Below, piece after piece: positions 19,244 through 30,256 of a stretch of DNA of 64,000 nucleotides. The translations under genes and the position numbers were made by a program. This DNA is from Rhodospirillales bacterium (GTDB lineage: Bacteria > Pseudomonadota > Alphaproteobacteria > Acetobacterales > Acetobacteraceae): positions 6,304 through 70,303 of the forward strand of contig JAGWSV010000029.1 of assembly GCA_028869315.1 (NCBI GenBank). Direction: 5' to 3'. Position 1 is the stretch's first letter; each line of letters opens with the position of its first letter. The notes under the pieces were generated by a model. That model was not told the origin of the DNA. It made no database searches and saw only the letters and a list, made by a program, of their open reading frames with translations.

Positions 19244-20074
19244 ATGGCGGTAGGAAGCGCGGCGCGCCGGCGCCGGCCGGGACCGGTGCCCGATGTGGCG
19301 GAATTCGCGCCCACATCGTCACGCCGCGTCGATCAGCCGCTCGCGTTCCGCCCTGCCCCCGGCTGGCTGCCGCCGGGACATCGCGTCTACGCGGTCGGCG
19401 ACGTGCATGGCTGCGCCGCTCCGCTGGCGGCAATGCTGAACACGATCGCGAAAGATCTCGCCGCGCGCCCGGCCGCGCGGGCCGAGCTCGTGCTGCTGGG
19501 GGATTATATCGATTTCGGACCAGACAGCGCCGGCGTGCTGACCCGCCTGGCCGGCGGCGCCCCGCTGCCGGGGGCGGCGCTGACCGCCCTGCGCGGCGAT
19601 CACGAGCAGATGCTGCTCGACGCGCTGGCCGGCGATAAGCCGGCCGCAACCGACTGGCTTGCAGCAGGCGGCGGCGCCAGCCTGGCAAGTTGGGGCATCC
19701 CCCGCGAGGCGCCGCGCACGACGTGGGAAGCCACCCTGCCGGCGGCGCATCTTGCCTTCCTCCGCCGGCTGAAACTGTCTCACCGTGCCGGCGGCTACCT
19801 GTTCGTGCATGCCGGGCTGCGTCCGGGCGTGGCGCTGGCGCGACAGCGCCGCGAGGACGTGCTCGCCATCCGTCACCCGTTCCTGTCGGAACCGGCGGAG
19901 TTCGGCGTGACGGTGGTGCACGGCCACAGCGTCGCCCGCGCGGTCGCGGTCGAGCCCGGGCGGATCGGCCTCGACACCGGCGCCGGCCTCGGGGGCGCGC
20001 TGTCCTGCGCGGTGCTGGAAGACGACCTGATCGCCTGTATGACGGTCCCCACGGATGAAGGAGCCCTGCGATGA
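19244..20074 (+). CDS. Metallophosphoesterase, PPP-family Ser/Thr phosphatase-like
   Basis: GDVHGC, GDYIDFGPDS, GDHE and VHGH motifs are present. The start is uncertain. The upstream part of the ORF runs antisense to the MaoC partner gene. Confidence 0.75.
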   Translation: MAVGSAARRRRPGPVPDVAEFAPTSSRRVDQPLAFRPAPGWLPPGHRVYAVGDVHGCAAPLAAMLNTIAKDLAARPAARAELVLLGDYIDFGPDSAGVLTRLAGGAPLPGAALTALRGDHEQMLLDALAGDKPAATDWLAAGGGASLASWGIPREAPRTTWEATLPAAHLAFLRRLKLSHRAGGYLFVHAGLRPGVALARQRREDVLAIRHPFLSEPAEFGVTVVHGHSVARAVAVEPGRIGLDTGAGLGGALSCAVLEDDLIACMTVPTDEGALR

Positions 20075-21240
20075 CCCACGCCCCTGCCCTGCCGGTTGTA
20101 CCGCCCGAGGAGGCCGGGCTGTCGCCCGCCGGCCTCGCCCGGCTGTCGGATGCCTTGCAGTCGCGCATCGATGCCGGCCACATCCCTGGCGCGGTGGCGC
20201 TGATCGCCCGGCGCGGACGCATCGGCTATCTGCGCGCCTTCGGCCGGCGCGACCCGGCGGCCCCCGACCCGATGACGGACGACGCGATCTTCCGCATCTA
20301 TTCGATGACCAAGCCGATCGTCTCGACGGCGGCGATGATGCTGTGGGAGGAAGGCCGGTTCCTCCTCTCCGACCCGCTCGCGAAATACATCCCCGAATTC
20401 GGCGCGGTGAAGCTTGCGGACGGACGGGCGCCGGCACGCGCGATCACGATCCAGGACCTGCTTCGCCACACCTCCGGCCTGACCTACGAATTCCGCGGCG
20501 CCGGGCCGGTGCACCAGGCCTATGGCGCCGCGCGGATCGCCCGGCGCAACCAGACCAACGCCGAGCAGGCGGCGGCGCTCGCCGCGCTGCCGCTGCTGCA
20601 CGAACCGGGCACGCGCTGGGAATACAGCCGTTCCACTGACGTGCTCGGCCGGGTGGTGGAAGTGATCGCCGGCGAACCGCTGGACGCGGTGCTGTCCGCC
20701 CGCGTGCTCGCCCCGCTCGGGATGACGGATACCGGCTTCTTCGTGCCGCCGTCGGCAGAGGCCCGGCTGGCTGGCGGGTTCGCGAAGGACCCGGACACCG
20801 GCGCCGACGTGCTGCTGCTCGATGTGCGGGAAAGCCCGCGCTTCCTCTCTGGCGGCGGCGGCATGGTGGGTACCGCGGCCGATTACGCGCGGTTTCTGGC
20901 GATGCTGCTGGATCGCGGCAGCTTCGCCGGCCAGCGGCTGCTCGGGCGCAAGACCCTGGACCTGATGACCGCGGACCATCTGGGCGGGCGCCCGGCGGCG
21001 GAGGACCTGCTGGCACCGGGGCACGGGTTCGGGCTCGGCTTCGCGGTGCGGCTGGCGGCGGGGATGGCGCCGTTCCCCGGCTCGGTCGGCTCCTATTTCT
21101 GGGGCGGGGCGGCGGGCACCGCGTTCTGGGTGGACCCGGCGGAGCGGATGACCGCGGTGCTGATGATCCAGGCCCCCGGCCAGCGCGAGCACTACCGGCT
21201 GCTGTTCCGCGCCCTGGCCTACGCGGCGCTCGCGGATTGA
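20071..21240 (+). CDS. Serine hydrolase of the beta-lactamase / esterase (class C-like) family
   Basis: There is an S-x-x-K motif (FRIYSMTKPIV). The overall profile is beta-lactamase-related (YSRSTDVLG, GGGGMVGTAADYARF). There is an ATGA overlap with the preceding gene. Confidence 0.8.
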   Translation: MTHAPALPVVPPEEAGLSPAGLARLSDALQSRIDAGHIPGAVALIARRGRIGYLRAFGRRDPAAPDPMTDDAIFRIYSMTKPIVSTAAMMLWEEGRFLLSDPLAKYIPEFGAVKLADGRAPARAITIQDLLRHTSGLTYEFRGAGPVHQAYGAARIARRNQTNAEQAAALAALPLLHEPGTRWEYSRSTDVLGRVVEVIAGEPLDAVLSARVLAPLGMTDTGFFVPPSAEARLAGGFAKDPDTGADVLLLDVRESPRFLSGGGGMVGTAADYARFLAMLLDRGSFAGQRLLGRKTLDLMTADHLGGRPAAEDLLAPGHGFGLGFAVRLAAGMAPFPGSVGSYFWGGAAGTAFWVDPAERMTAVLMIQAPGQREHYRLLFRALAYAALAD

Positions 21241-21270
21241 TAGGCCAGCGGCCGCTTCGGCCGGCCGGCC

Positions 21271-21750
21271 TCAGTGCGGCGGCCCGCCGGCCGCCTTGCC
21301 CTGCGCGACGGCGCGGACGATGTCGGCGCGGCTGACGATGCCGACCAGCTTGCCGTCCCGCAGGATCGGCACCCGCTTGACGTGGTGCCTGGACAGCAGG
21401 TCGGCGAGCTCGCCCAGGCTGGCGGTATCCGGCGCGGTGATCAGCGTCCGCGTCATGAGATCGCGCGCGCGACGGCGGTCGAGCTGGATGTAATCGACGA
21501 ATTCCTTGCTGAGCTCAGTGCCTTCGGCGACCAGGTTCAACCACCAGTCACGGCGCAGCGCGTTCGCCTGCCCGAACGGACGCATCAGGTCGCCTTCGCT
21601 GATCATGCCGACCAGGGTCCCGTCAGCCTCGCAGACCGGCACGGCACTGATGCCGTGCCCGGTCAGCGTCTCGGCAACCTTGGAGACGGTGTCGTCCGGG
21701 CCGACCGTGATGACGACGCGGGTCATGATGGCAGCGGCGTCGAGCAGCAT
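21271..21750 (-). CDS. CBS-pair domain protein
   Basis: Two CBS modules are present (IMTRVVITVGPDDTV...AVPVCEADGTLVGMISEGDL and LMTRTLITAPDTASL...RVPILRDGKLVGIVSRADI). The start is the internal ATG at 21750. Confidence 0.8.
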   Translation of the reverse strand: MLLDAAAIMTRVVITVGPDDTVSKVAETLTGHGISAVPVCEADGTLVGMISEGDLMRPFGQANALRRDWWLNLVAEGTELSKEFVDYIQLDRRRARDLMTRTLITAPDTASLGELADLLSRHHVKRVPILRDGKLVGIVSRADIVRAVAQGKAAGGPPH

Positions 21751-21901
21751 GGATGCTCTCCCCAAAGCTTCGAGGGCGCCAAAGGCGCGACGAGCAAGCG
21801 CGCTGCGGCGATCACCCGCATTGATATAGCGCAATTCTGTTGTTCCATCGGGCCGATCGGGGCAGGAGCACGCGGCACGCCGTCGGCTCTTGCGATGCGG
21901 T

Positions 21902-22942
21902 TCAGCAGATCCGCGGCAATTGCTCGCCACTCAGCATGTCGAGCACGCGGGCGCCGCCGATCGCCTCGGCCAGCGCCTGGCCGTGGCCGGCGGCCGGGCC
22001 CACCCGACCGATCATCGCCGCCGCCGCGCCGCCGGGCTGGGCGCGCAGGATCGCCAGGGCGCGGTCCGCGTCCGCCTCCGGCACGCAGGCCACCAGCCGC
22101 CCCTCGTTCGCCACGTACCAGGGATCGAGCCCCAGAACCTCGCAGGCGCCACGCACGGCATCGGATACCGTGACGGCGGCTTCGTCGATCCGGATCGTCA
22201 GGCCGGCGCCGGTCGCGATCTCCACCAGCGACGTCGCCAGCCCGCCGCGGGTGAGGTCGCGCAGGCAGTGCAGCGCGACCCCCGCCTCCGCCAGCGCCCG
22301 CACCGTCGGCGCGAGGCAGGCCATGTCGCTCTCGATCGCGGTTTTGAACCCCAGCCCTTCGCGCGCCGCCATGATGGCGATCCCGTGCCGGCCGACATCC
22401 CCGCTCAGCAGCACCACGTCGCCGGCGCGCACGAACTGCGGCCCGATCGCGGTGCCGGGCCCGACCGAGCCGACGCCGGCGGTGGTGATGTAGAGCCCGT
22501 CGCCCTTGCCGCGCTCCACCACCTTGGTATCACCAGTGACCAGCCGCACCCCGGCCGCCGCCGCGGCCTGGCCCATGGAGGCGGCGATGCGGCGCAGCAG
22601 CGCGATCTCCAGCCCTTCTTCCAGGATGAAGCCGGCGCTCAGATAGAGCGGCTGCGCCCCGCACATCGCGAGGTCGTTCACCGTGCCGATCACCGCCAGC
22701 GCGCCGATGTCGCCGCCGGGAAATTCGAGCGGCGTGACCACGAAGGAATCGGTGGTGAATGCCAGCCGGCCGCCGGCCGCCGGCAGGACGGCGCCGTCAT
22801 GCGCGGGTTCGGGTCCGGTTTCGCCGAACGCCGGCCGGAACAGGCCCTCGATCAGCCGGTGCATCAACGCGCCGCCGCCGCCATGGCCGAGTTCGATGCG
22901 CTCCGCGTCGGTCGCGGGAACCGGGCACACGGCGCCGCTCAT
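21902..22942 (-). CDS. hypE: Hydrogenase maturation protein HypE
   Basis: It has an AIR-synthase-like fold and ends in the diagnostic C-terminal PRIC. The start overlaps the hypD stop. Confidence 0.92.
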   Translation of the reverse strand: MSGAVCPVPATDAERIELGHGGGGALMHRLIEGLFRPAFGETGPEPAHDGAVLPAAGGRLAFTTDSFVVTPLEFPGGDIGALAVIGTVNDLAMCGAQPLYLSAGFILEEGLEIALLRRIAASMGQAAAAAGVRLVTGDTKVVERGKGDGLYITTAGVGSVGPGTAIGPQFVRAGDVVLLSGDVGRHGIAIMAAREGLGFKTAIESDMACLAPTVRALAEAGVALHCLRDLTRGGLATSLVEIATGAGLTIRIDEAAVTVSDAVRGACEVLGLDPWYVANEGRLVACVPEADADRALAILRAQPGGAAAAMIGRVGPAAGHGQALAEAIGGARVLDMLSGEQLPRIC

Positions 22943-24033
22943 GCCGCCGCTGCCCGCCGGTAGCGGTAATAGGCGGCGCAAGCGCCTTCCGAGGAAACCA
23001 TGGTGGCGCCCAACGGATGTTCCGGCGTGCAGGACGTCCCGAAAGCGGGACACGCGACCGGCTTGCGCCGCCCGCGCAAGATATCGCCGCTGATGCACGG
23101 GCTGGCGCGCGGCGGCGCGGGGTCCGTGGCGCCGAAGCGGTTGCGCGCGTCGAACCGGGCGTAGACGGGCGCCAAGCCGAGGCCGCTCGCGGCGATCTCT
23201 CCCATGCCGCGCCAGTCGCGCGGCTCGATCGCAAACACCTGGCGGATCGCGGCCTGGGCCGGTTGGTTGCCGCCGGGGCGAACGGACCGGCCGTATTCGT
23301 TCTCCACCTCCGCCCGTCCCGCTTCCAACTGGCGCAGGCAGGACAGGATCCCCTGCAACAAATCCAGCGGTTCGAAGCCCGTCACCACGATGGGCACCCG
23401 GTAGCGCCGCGCGATCGGTTCGTATTCGCCGGTGCCCATCACCGTGCAGACATGCCCGGCGGCGAGGAAGCCCTGCACCCGCGCATCGGGCGCCGACAGC
23501 AGCGCCTCGATCGCCGGCGGCACCAGCACGTGCGAGACGAGGAGCGAGAAGTTGTCGAGGCCGGCGCGTTCGGCCTGCAGCACCGCCATCGCCGTCGCCG
23601 GGGCCGTGGTTTCGAACCCGACGGCGAGGAACACCACCTGCCGGTCGGGCCGGGCCTGGGCGAGCGCCACCGCGTCCAGCGGCGAATACACCATGCGCAC
23701 ATCGCCGCCACGCGCCCTGGCCGACAGCAGGCTGCCGGCATCGCCGGGCACCCGCAGCATGTCGCCGAACGAACACAACGTGACGCCGGGCGCACCGGCG
23801 ATCGCGATCGCCTGATCGATCACCGCGGCCGGCGTAACGCAGACCGGGCAGCCGGGGCCATGCAGCAAGGTCACATCCTCGGGCAGCATCTGATCGATCC
23901 CATGCCGCAACAGGGAGTGCGTCTGCCCGCCGCAGATTTCCATCAAGGTCCAGGGGCGGGTAACGGTGCCGGCGATCGCCTGCGCCAACCTCCGCGCTAA
24001 CGCGGCATCGCGGTACTCATCGACATATTTCAC
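22939..24033 (-). CDS. hypD: Hydrogenase maturation protein HypD
   Basis: [16 protein letters not shown] and GFETT motifs are present. The GTG start at 24033 follows GGAGGAGG. Confidence 0.92.
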   Translation of the reverse strand: MKYVDEYRDAALARRLAQAIAGTVTRPWTLMEICGGQTHSLLRHGIDQMLPEDVTLLHGPGCPVCVTPAAVIDQAIAIAGAPGVTLCSFGDMLRVPGDAGSLLSARARGGDVRMVYSPLDAVALAQARPDRQVVFLAVGFETTAPATAMAVLQAERAGLDNFSLLVSHVLVPPAIEALLSAPDARVQGFLAAGHVCTVMGTGEYEPIARRYRVPIVVTGFEPLDLLQGILSCLRQLEAGRAEVENEYGRSVRPGGNQPAQAAIRQVFAIEPRDWRGMGEIAASGLGLAPVYARFDARNRFGATDPAPPRASPCISGDILRGRRKPVACPAFGTSCTPEHPLGATMVSSEGACAAYYRYRRAAAA

Positions 24034-24266
24034 CGTTCCGCCTCCTCCAGAGTGTCGAGGCAGGCGATGGTGCGCCGCGCCTCGGCCTCGTCCAGCACCG
24101 CGATGGCGACGCCGGCATGGGCGAGGACGTAGTCGCCGACCGCGGCCTCCGGCGCGAAGGCCAGGCTGATCGCCTTGACGATGCCGCCGAAGGCCACCCG
24201 GCCGCTGCGGGTCAGGGGGTCCTCGCCGGCGATTTCGAGCACTCGGCCGGGAACCGCGAGGCACAT
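24030..24266 (-). CDS. hypC: Hydrogenase maturation chaperone HypC
   Basis: It has the MCLAVPG N-terminus, is 78 aa long, and lies between hypF and hypD. Confidence 0.9.
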   Translation of the reverse strand: MCLAVPGRVLEIAGEDPLTRSGRVAFGGIVKAISLAFAPEAAVGDYVLAHAGVAIAVLDEAEARRTIACLDTLEEAER

Positions 24267-26608
24267 CAGGTTTTCTCCTCGATCATCGGGCGGGCGGCGA
24301 AGGCGATCTGCCCCACCGCGAGGCCGCCGTCGTTCGGCGGCACAAGGCGGTGGCGGAACGGCTCCACGCCCGCCGTACGCAAACCGGCGACCGCCAGCCC
24401 GGTCAGCCGCGCATTCTGGAAGCAGCCGCCGGTCAGCAGCACCCGCGCGGCCCCCAGCCGCCGCGCGACCGCCACGATGGCAGCGGCCAGGGCGGCATGG
24501 AAGCCGGCGGCGAGCCCGGCGGGCGCCGCACCCGCCGCCCGCGCGTCCAGCAGCCCTCGGAGCATCGGGCGCCAATCGACGACCAGCGGGCGGTCGCCGG
24601 AGATGATGGCGGGCGGCAAAGACAGGGGCGCGGCGGCCCGGTCGGCGGCCCATTCCAGCGCCATCGCCGCTTCGCCTTCGAAGCTCGCACGCTGGCACAA
24701 CCCCAGCAGCGCGGCGACGGCATCGAACAACCGCCCGGCGCTGGAGGTCGGCGGCGCGTTGACGTTGCGCGCCAGCATCGTGGCGAGCACGCGGCGCTCG
24801 GCCTCGGTGAACGCGGCGACCGGCGGCAATCCGGCCATGTCCAGCCCGGCGGCGCCGAACGTCGCGTGGAGGGCGCCCAGCGCGGCGCGGCGCGGTTCGC
24901 GCACCGCCGCCTCGCCGCCCGGCAGCCGGAAGGCCAGCAGATGCGCCGCGCGGCGGTAGCGCGGCGGAGAGATCGCCAGAAACTCCCCACCCCAGACCGT
25001 GCCGTCACCTCCGTAGCCGGTGCCGTCCCAGGTCGCCGCCAGCAGCGGGCCGTCCAGCCCGTGCTCGGCCATGCCGGACAGCGCATGGGCAAGATGGTGC
25101 GGCACCCGCACGACCGGCAGCCCCAGCGTATCGGCGTGCCGGGTGGAGGCATAGTCGGGATGCCGGTCGCAGGCCACGGCCATCGGGCGCAGGCGACGCA
25201 GGGCCAGCATGCGGTCGGCGGCCCGCACGAACGCGTCGCGGCTTTCGGTCCGATCCAGGTCGCCGCCATGCGGGCCGAGGAAGATCTGCCCGGCGAACCC
25301 GGTGGCGACGGCGTTCTTCTGCTGCCCGCCCAAGGCGAGGATCGGCGCCCGCACGGCGGGAAACGGGAGCGGCAGCGGCGCGTAGCCGCGCGCCCGGCGC
25401 AGCACCGTCGGCTGACCGGCGATGACCCGCGCCACCGAATCATCCACCGCGCGGGCGATCGGGCGGTCGTGCACCAGAAAGAGATCGGCCACGCCGGCCA
25501 GCACGGTGAGCGCCGTCTGCTCGTCGGCGATGATCGGGGTCTCTCCCGGGTTGCCGCTGGTCGCCACCACCGGAAAGCGGAGCGCCCACAGCAGCAGGTG
25601 ATGCAGCGGCGTCGTGGGCAGCATGACGCCGAGGTTGCCGCTACCGGGCGCGACCGAGGGCGCCAGCACCGCCGCCCCGGCCGCACGGCGCAGCAAAACG
25701 ATCGGCGCGGCCGGCGAGAGCAGCAGCTCGCGTTCGGTCGGCGAGACCTCGGCCACCGCCGACGCCGCGGCGAGGTCGGACACCATCAGCGCGAACGGCT
25801 TGCGCGGGCGGCGCTTGCGCGCGCGGAGCGTGCCCACCACGTCTTCGTTGCGGGCGTCGGCCAGCAACTGGAACCCGCCCAGCCCCTTCAGCGCGACGAT
25901 CCGTCCCGCGCGGAGCGCCGACGCCGCCTGGGTCAGGGCGGCCTCCCGGGTCGCCAGCACCGCGCCCGTGGTATCCCACAAGGCCAGATGCGGACCGCAG
26001 TCGGGACAGCAGATCGATTCGGCATGGAACCGGCGCGCGGTCGGGTCGGCGTACTCGGCCGCGCAGGTCGTGCAGAGCGGGAAGCGCCGCAAGGTCGTGC
26101 GGGCCCGATCATAGGGCAACGCCTCGATCACGCTGTAGCGCGGGCCGCACTGGGTGCAGGTGGTGAACGGATAGCGGAACCGGCGATCGGTGGGATCCGA
26201 CGCCTCGCGCAGGCAGTCGGCGCAGGTCGCCAGGTCAGCCATCACCGTCGCGGAACAGGGATCTCCGGCGGCGCTGGGCGCCACCGTGAAGTCCCGCTCC
26301 CCGCATGGCGGCTGCCGGCTGACTTCCCGCCCGGTGATGACGGCGTGGCGCGGCGGCTCCGTCGCCAGGCGGTCCAGGAAGCGCGCCAGGGCGGAGGATG
26401 GTCCTTCGGCCTCGATCAGCACGCCGCCGCCGGTGTTGCGGACGAAGCCGGCGAGCCCGGCCTGCTGCGCCAGGCGGGCGACGAACGGGCGGAAGCCGAC
26501 GCCCTGCACCGCGCCGGTGATTTCGATGCGCACCCGCTCGCGTGCCGCTGCCGGCGTCATCGGCGCGGGCGTCATCGGCGCGGGCGGAATGCCGTCGCCC
26601 GGTTGCAT
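24266..26608 (-). CDS. hypF: Carbamoyltransferase HypF
   Basis: An acylphosphatase domain ([10 protein letters not shown]) and two CxxC zinc-finger pairs (CADC...[12 protein letters not shown]...CPDCGP) are present. YrdC-like and Kae1-like C-terminal domains follow. Confidence 0.92.
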   Translation of the reverse strand: MQPGDGIPPAPMTPAPMTPAAARERVRIEITGAVQGVGFRPFVARLAQQAGLAGFVRNTGGGVLIEAEGPSSALARFLDRLATEPPRHAVITGREVSRQPPCGERDFTVAPSAAGDPCSATVMADLATCADCLREASDPTDRRFRYPFTTCTQCGPRYSVIEALPYDRARTTLRRFPLCTTCAAEYADPTARRFHAESICCPDCGPHLALWDTTGAVLATREAALTQAASALRAGRIVALKGLGGFQLLADARNEDVVGTLRARKRRPRKPFALMVSDLAAASAVAEVSPTERELLLSPAAPIVLLRRAAGAAVLAPSVAPGSGNLGVMLPTTPLHHLLLWALRFPVVATSGNPGETPIIADEQTALTVLAGVADLFLVHDRPIARAVDDSVARVIAGQPTVLRRARGYAPLPLPFPAVRAPILALGGQQKNAVATGFAGQIFLGPHGGDLDRTESRDAFVRAADRMLALRRLRPMAVACDRHPDYASTRHADTLGLPVVRVPHHLAHALSGMAEHGLDGPLLAATWDGTGYGGDGTVWGGEFLAISPPRYRRAAHLLAFRLPGGEAAVREPRRAALGALHATFGAAGLDMAGLPPVAAFTEAERRVLATMLARNVNAPPTSSAGRLFDAVAALLGLCQRASFEGEAAMALEWAADRAAAPLSLPPAIISGDRPLVVDWRPMLRGLLDARAAGAAPAGLAAGFHAALAAAIVAVARRLGAARVLLTGGCFQNARLTGLAVAGLRTAGVEPFRHRLVPPNDGGLAVGQIAFAARPMIEEKT

Positions 26609-26626
26609 CGTTCGGTCATCCCGGCA

Positions 26627-26890
26627 TCACGCTTCCAGCTCCAGGCTTTCCAGCAGCAGGCTCTGCGCGCGCGGATCGGAGGTGTCGCTCGATTCCGTTA
26701 CCGACAATCGCGCACCCTCGGCCAGCGTGCCGCGCGCTTCGGATTCGAAATGCTCGCGGAAATGTCCGGTCGACAGGTGGCTCAACGCGCCCAGCCAGAC
26801 CTTCACCTCCAGCACCCGGTGGGCGCCGTTCGCCTCGGCCGCCCGCACGACGTGCCGGATCAGGTCGCGCACCATTCCTGTTTCATGCAT
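26627..26890 (-). CDS. HypA-like nickel metallochaperone lacking the zinc-binding domain
   Basis: It has the MHE N-terminus and a HypA-like core (AHRVLEVKVWLGALSHLSTGHFREHFESEARGTLAEGARLSV). It is only 87 aa long and contains no Cys at all. It overlaps the upstream protease gene by 8 nt. Confidence 0.6.
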   Translation of the reverse strand: MHETGMVRDLIRHVVRAAEANGAHRVLEVKVWLGALSHLSTGHFREHFESEARGTLAEGARLSVTESSDTSDPRAQSLLLESLELEA

Positions 26891-27359
26891 CGCTGGTCCT
26901 CCCGTCCGAGCCGAATTCGGCGGCAACCTGCACCGCCGCGCTCGCCACCGCCGCCGCCACCGCCGGGCTCAGGGGCGCGCCGGGAGCGAAATCGGCGGCC
27001 TCGATCGCGTACAAAACGAGCTGCGCGGGCAGCCGCCCCAGCCTGCGCGCCAGTTCCACCGTATCCGCGAGCCCGAACGCGTGGGTGGACCCAAGCGCGA
27101 TCTCCCGCGGCAGCGGCCCGCGCGCCGCGTCGAGGCGGTGGATCCGCCCGGGCGCGGCCAAGGGCGCGGCGGCGTCGACCAGCACCACGCGCGGGACGCC
27201 GGCCCATCGGTCCATCAGCCCCAGCACGTCGCCACCCGCCTCTTCCACCGCGACCGCCGGCAGGCCGAGCGCCGCCACCCGGCGCGCGACGTGCAGCCCC
27301 ACCGCGTCGTCGCCGCGATCGGCGTTGCCGATTCCGATCACCAGCGCCGGCGCGGTCAT
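26883..27359 (-). CDS. [NiFe] hydrogenase maturation endopeptidase (HyaD/HoxW family)
   Basis: VIGIGNADRGDDAVG ... GSTHAFGLA are the typical protease motifs. There is a 4-nt overlap with the large-subunit gene. Confidence 0.85.
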   Translation of the reverse strand: MTAPALVIGIGNADRGDDAVGLHVARRVAALGLPAVAVEEAGGDVLGLMDRWAGVPRVVLVDAAAPLAAPGRIHRLDAARGPLPREIALGSTHAFGLADTVELARRLGRLPAQLVLYAIEAADFAPGAPLSPAVAAAVASAAVQVAAEFGSDGRTSDA

Positions 27360-28645
27360 CGCCGGCGGACCTCCAGCCGCAGGAAATGCGTCGAGCAGGA
27401 AATGCACGGGTCGTAGTTGCGGATCGCCTGCTCGCAGTGATCGCGCAATTCGTCCTCCGGCAGATCGAGGTCGCGGGTCGCGACGATCCGCAGGTCCTCC
27501 TCGATCGTGCCCTGGTTCTGCGAGGTCGGCGGCACGATGCGCGCGGAGAGGATGCTGCCGTCCGCGTTCAGTCGGTAGTGGTGATAGAGGATGCCGCGCG
27601 GCGCTTCGGTGCAGGCGACGCCGATGCCGGCCTGCGGCGGGGCGGCAACGAACGGCGCCTCGGGCGGGGCGTACGCGGCGATCAGGCGCAACGCCTCCTC
27701 GCAGGCGTAAACCACCTCGATCGCGCGGACGATAATGCTCCGGAACGGGTTGCGGCAGCCGGGCGCCAGCCCCAGTTCCGCGGCCAGCGCCTGCACCGAC
27801 GGCCCCAACCGGTCGTGGTTCAGGTTGAACCGCGCCAGCGGCCCGACCTGGTAGCTGCCCCGCGCGCGCAGCACCGACTGCAACGCGGTCGAGTGGGCGA
27901 CGTGGCGTTCCTCGAACGTGGCGTCGTAGTCGGACACCGGGATGTCCAGCCCCCGGTTGGAGACGAGGCGGCCCTCGTTCAGCGGGTACTCGTCCGGATG
28001 GCGCAGGGCCACGAATTCGTAATCGCGTTCGAAGTCGGGGAAGCGGAAGCCGGCGACCCAGCGCGCCAATGCGACCGCCTGCTCCCGTGCCGCTTGCAGG
28101 TCCGGCACCAGCGCGGCCAGTTCGTCGGCGGTCGGCGCCCGGTAGAAGCCGCCGACCCGCACATTCACCGGGTGGATCTCGCGCCCGCCCAGCAACCGCA
28201 GCAACGCGTTGCCGGTCTTCTTCAGCGCCAGCCCGCGCGTGACCATCTCGCCATGCGCCGAGGCCATGCTGATCGCGTCGGGGAAGCCGAGGAAATCGGG
28301 CGCGTGCAGCAGCACGATATGCAGCGCGTGGCTCTCGATCCACTCGCCGCAATAGAGCAGGCGGCGCAACGCGCGGATCGGCGGCGGCACCGCAAGGCCG
28401 AGCGCGTTCTCCACCGCGTGCACCGAACTCATCTGGTAGGCGACCGGGCAGATACCGCAGATGCGCGCGGTGATGTCCGGCGCCTCGGTCGCATCGCGCC
28501 CGCGCAGCAGCGCCTCGAAGAACCGCGGCGGCTCGAAGATGGAGAGCCGCACGCCGTCCACCGCGCCGTCGCGGATATCGAGTTCGAGCGCGCCCTCCCC
28601 TTCGACGCGGGTGAGGTAGTCAACCCGGATGGTGCGGCTCGGCAT
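27356..28645 (-). CDS. [NiFe] hydrogenase large (alpha) subunit, group 3 type
   Basis: The N-terminal motif is [10 protein letters not shown] and the C-terminal motif is DPCISCSTH, followed by a 9-aa tail. The ATG at 28645 is preceded by AGGAGAG. Confidence 0.92.
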   Translation of the reverse strand: MPSRTIRVDYLTRVEGEGALELDIRDGAVDGVRLSIFEPPRFFEALLRGRDATEAPDITARICGICPVAYQMSSVHAVENALGLAVPPPIRALRRLLYCGEWIESHALHIVLLHAPDFLGFPDAISMASAHGEMVTRGLALKKTGNALLRLLGGREIHPVNVRVGGFYRAPTADELAALVPDLQAAREQAVALARWVAGFRFPDFERDYEFVALRHPDEYPLNEGRLVSNRGLDIPVSDYDATFEERHVAHSTALQSVLRARGSYQVGPLARFNLNHDRLGPSVQALAAELGLAPGCRNPFRSIIVRAIEVVYACEEALRLIAAYAPPEAPFVAAPPQAGIGVACTEAPRGILYHHYRLNADGSILSARIVPPTSQNQGTIEEDLRIVATRDLDLPEDELRDHCEQAIRNYDPCISCSTHFLRLEVRRR

Positions 28646-29414
28646 GCGCTTCGCTCTCCTGACGGAACGGCTCGGCCGCCGCGTTGAACGTGCGGAAGGC
28701 CCGATGGAGGGTCCGCCGGTCCGCCCCCAGCGCCGTCCATGCGCCGGCGAGGGAGGCGGTGTTCGCTGCCTCCGCCGGGCCGTAGCAACCATAGCAGCCG
28801 CGGCCGTAGGCGGGGCAGATCGCGCCGCAGCCGGCATGGGTGACCGGCCCCAGGCACGGCGTGCCGTGCGCCACCATCACGCAGGACGTCCCGCGCTGCT
28901 TGCAGGACACGCACACGCTCTCGTTCGGGATCTGCGGCTTGCGCCCCGCGAGCAGGGCCGAGATCACCTCCAGCAACTGGTGCTTGTTGATCGGGCAGCC
29001 GCGCAGTTCGAAATCCACCGGCACATGGGCGGAGATCGGCGTCGAGGTTTCCAGGGTCCGGATGTACTCGGGCGAGGCATAGACCGCGGCGACGTAGTCC
29101 TTCACGTCGGCGAAGTTGCGCAGGCTCTGGATGCCGCCGGCGGTGGCGCAGGCACCGATGGTGATCAGCCGCTTGGACGCCGCGCGCACCATGCGGATCC
29201 GCTCGGCGTCATGTTCCGTCGTGACCGACCCTTCCACCAGCGACACGTCGTAGGGTCCCGGACGCAGGGTACTGGACGCTTCGGCGAAATAGGCGATGTC
29301 GACGGCACCGGCGACCGCCAGCAGTTCGTCCTCGCAATCCAGCAACGACAACTGGCAGCCGTCGCAGGAGGCGAACTTCCACACCGCGACGATGGGTCGG
29401 GTCCGCTCGGCCAT
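28620..29414 (-). CDS. [NiFe] hydrogenase small (delta) subunit, NuoB-like
   Basis: The Cys pattern is CDGC ... GACATAGG ... C-rich C-terminus ([31 protein letters not shown]). It overlaps the large-subunit start by 26 nt. Confidence 0.88.
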   Translation of the reverse strand: MAERTRPIVAVWKFASCDGCQLSLLDCEDELLAVAGAVDIAYFAEASSTLRPGPYDVSLVEGSVTTEHDAERIRMVRAASKRLITIGACATAGGIQSLRNFADVKDYVAAVYASPEYIRTLETSTPISAHVPVDFELRGCPINKHQLLEVISALLAGRKPQIPNESVCVSCKQRGTSCVMVAHGTPCLGPVTHAGCGAICPAYGRGCYGCYGPAEAANTASLAGAWTALGADRRTLHRAFRTFNAAAEPFRQESEAHAEPHHPG

Positions 29415-29416
29415 GC

Positions 29417-30256
29417 TCAGATCTCCCGTGCGGCGAGACGGGCGGCGATGCGGTCGTAGGCCAGCACGGCGCCGTCCTTGCAGACGAAGTCGGGGCCGAA
29501 CTGGCAATGCCCGCATAACCCGACCGCGCATTTCATGTTGCGCTCCATCGAGACGTGCACGTGGTCGTCCGCCACCCCGGCCGCGCGCAGCCCCGCCACG
29601 GTGAAGCGGATCATCACCTCCGGTCCGCACACCAGCGCCACCGTGTTCTTCGGATCGAACGCCACCTTGTCGATCAGCCCCGGCACCACGCCCACCCGGC
29701 CGTGCCAGGACGGATCGGCGTGATCCACCGTGATCTCCACTTCCATGTCGAGCCGGCCGCGCCACCGGGCAAGCTCGTCGTGGAACAGAAGCTCGGCCGG
29801 GCCGCGGCTGCCGTACAGGACGGCGATGCGGCCGAACCGCTCGCTGTTGGCGAGCACGTGGTAGATCGCCGGGCGCAGCGGCGCGAGACCGAGCCCGCCG
29901 GCGATGATCAGGATGTCGTGCCCGGCCGCCGCCGCCACCGGCCAGGCGCTGCCGAACGGGCCGCGCAGGCCGAGCACGGTGCCGGGCGTGGCAGCGGCGA
30001 TCGCGCCGCTCACCGCGCCCACCGCACGCACCGTATGCACGAAGCGGGACGCATCCGCCGGATCGCCGCTGAGACTGACCGGCACCTCGCCGATCCCGAA
30101 CGCGTAGAGCATGTTGAACTGGCCCGGCTTGAACGGCATAGGCGCGCCGGCGAGCGGCACCAGATCGAGGCTCACCACGTCGGCGGTCTCCCGCCGCACC
30201 GCTTGCACCCGCCACGGTTGCGGCAGCATCGGATCGGGCGCAACGGACGCGTTCAT
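29417..30256 (-). CDS. Hydrogenase gamma subunit, an FAD/NAD(P)-binding oxidoreductase with a C-terminal 2Fe-2S motif (AsrB/HydG-like)
   Basis: It has a ferredoxin-reductase-type fold (RxFS-like [14 protein letters not shown]) and ends with [12 protein letters not shown]. There is an ATGA overlap with the upstream gene. Confidence 0.85.
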   Translation of the reverse strand: MNASVAPDPMLPQPWRVQAVRRETADVVSLDLVPLAGAPMPFKPGQFNMLYAFGIGEVPVSLSGDPADASRFVHTVRAVGAVSGAIAAATPGTVLGLRGPFGSAWPVAAAAGHDILIIAGGLGLAPLRPAIYHVLANSERFGRIAVLYGSRGPAELLFHDELARWRGRLDMEVEITVDHADPSWHGRVGVVPGLIDKVAFDPKNTVALVCGPEVMIRFTVAGLRAAGVADDHVHVSMERNMKCAVGLCGHCQFGPDFVCKDGAVLAYDRIAARLAAREI

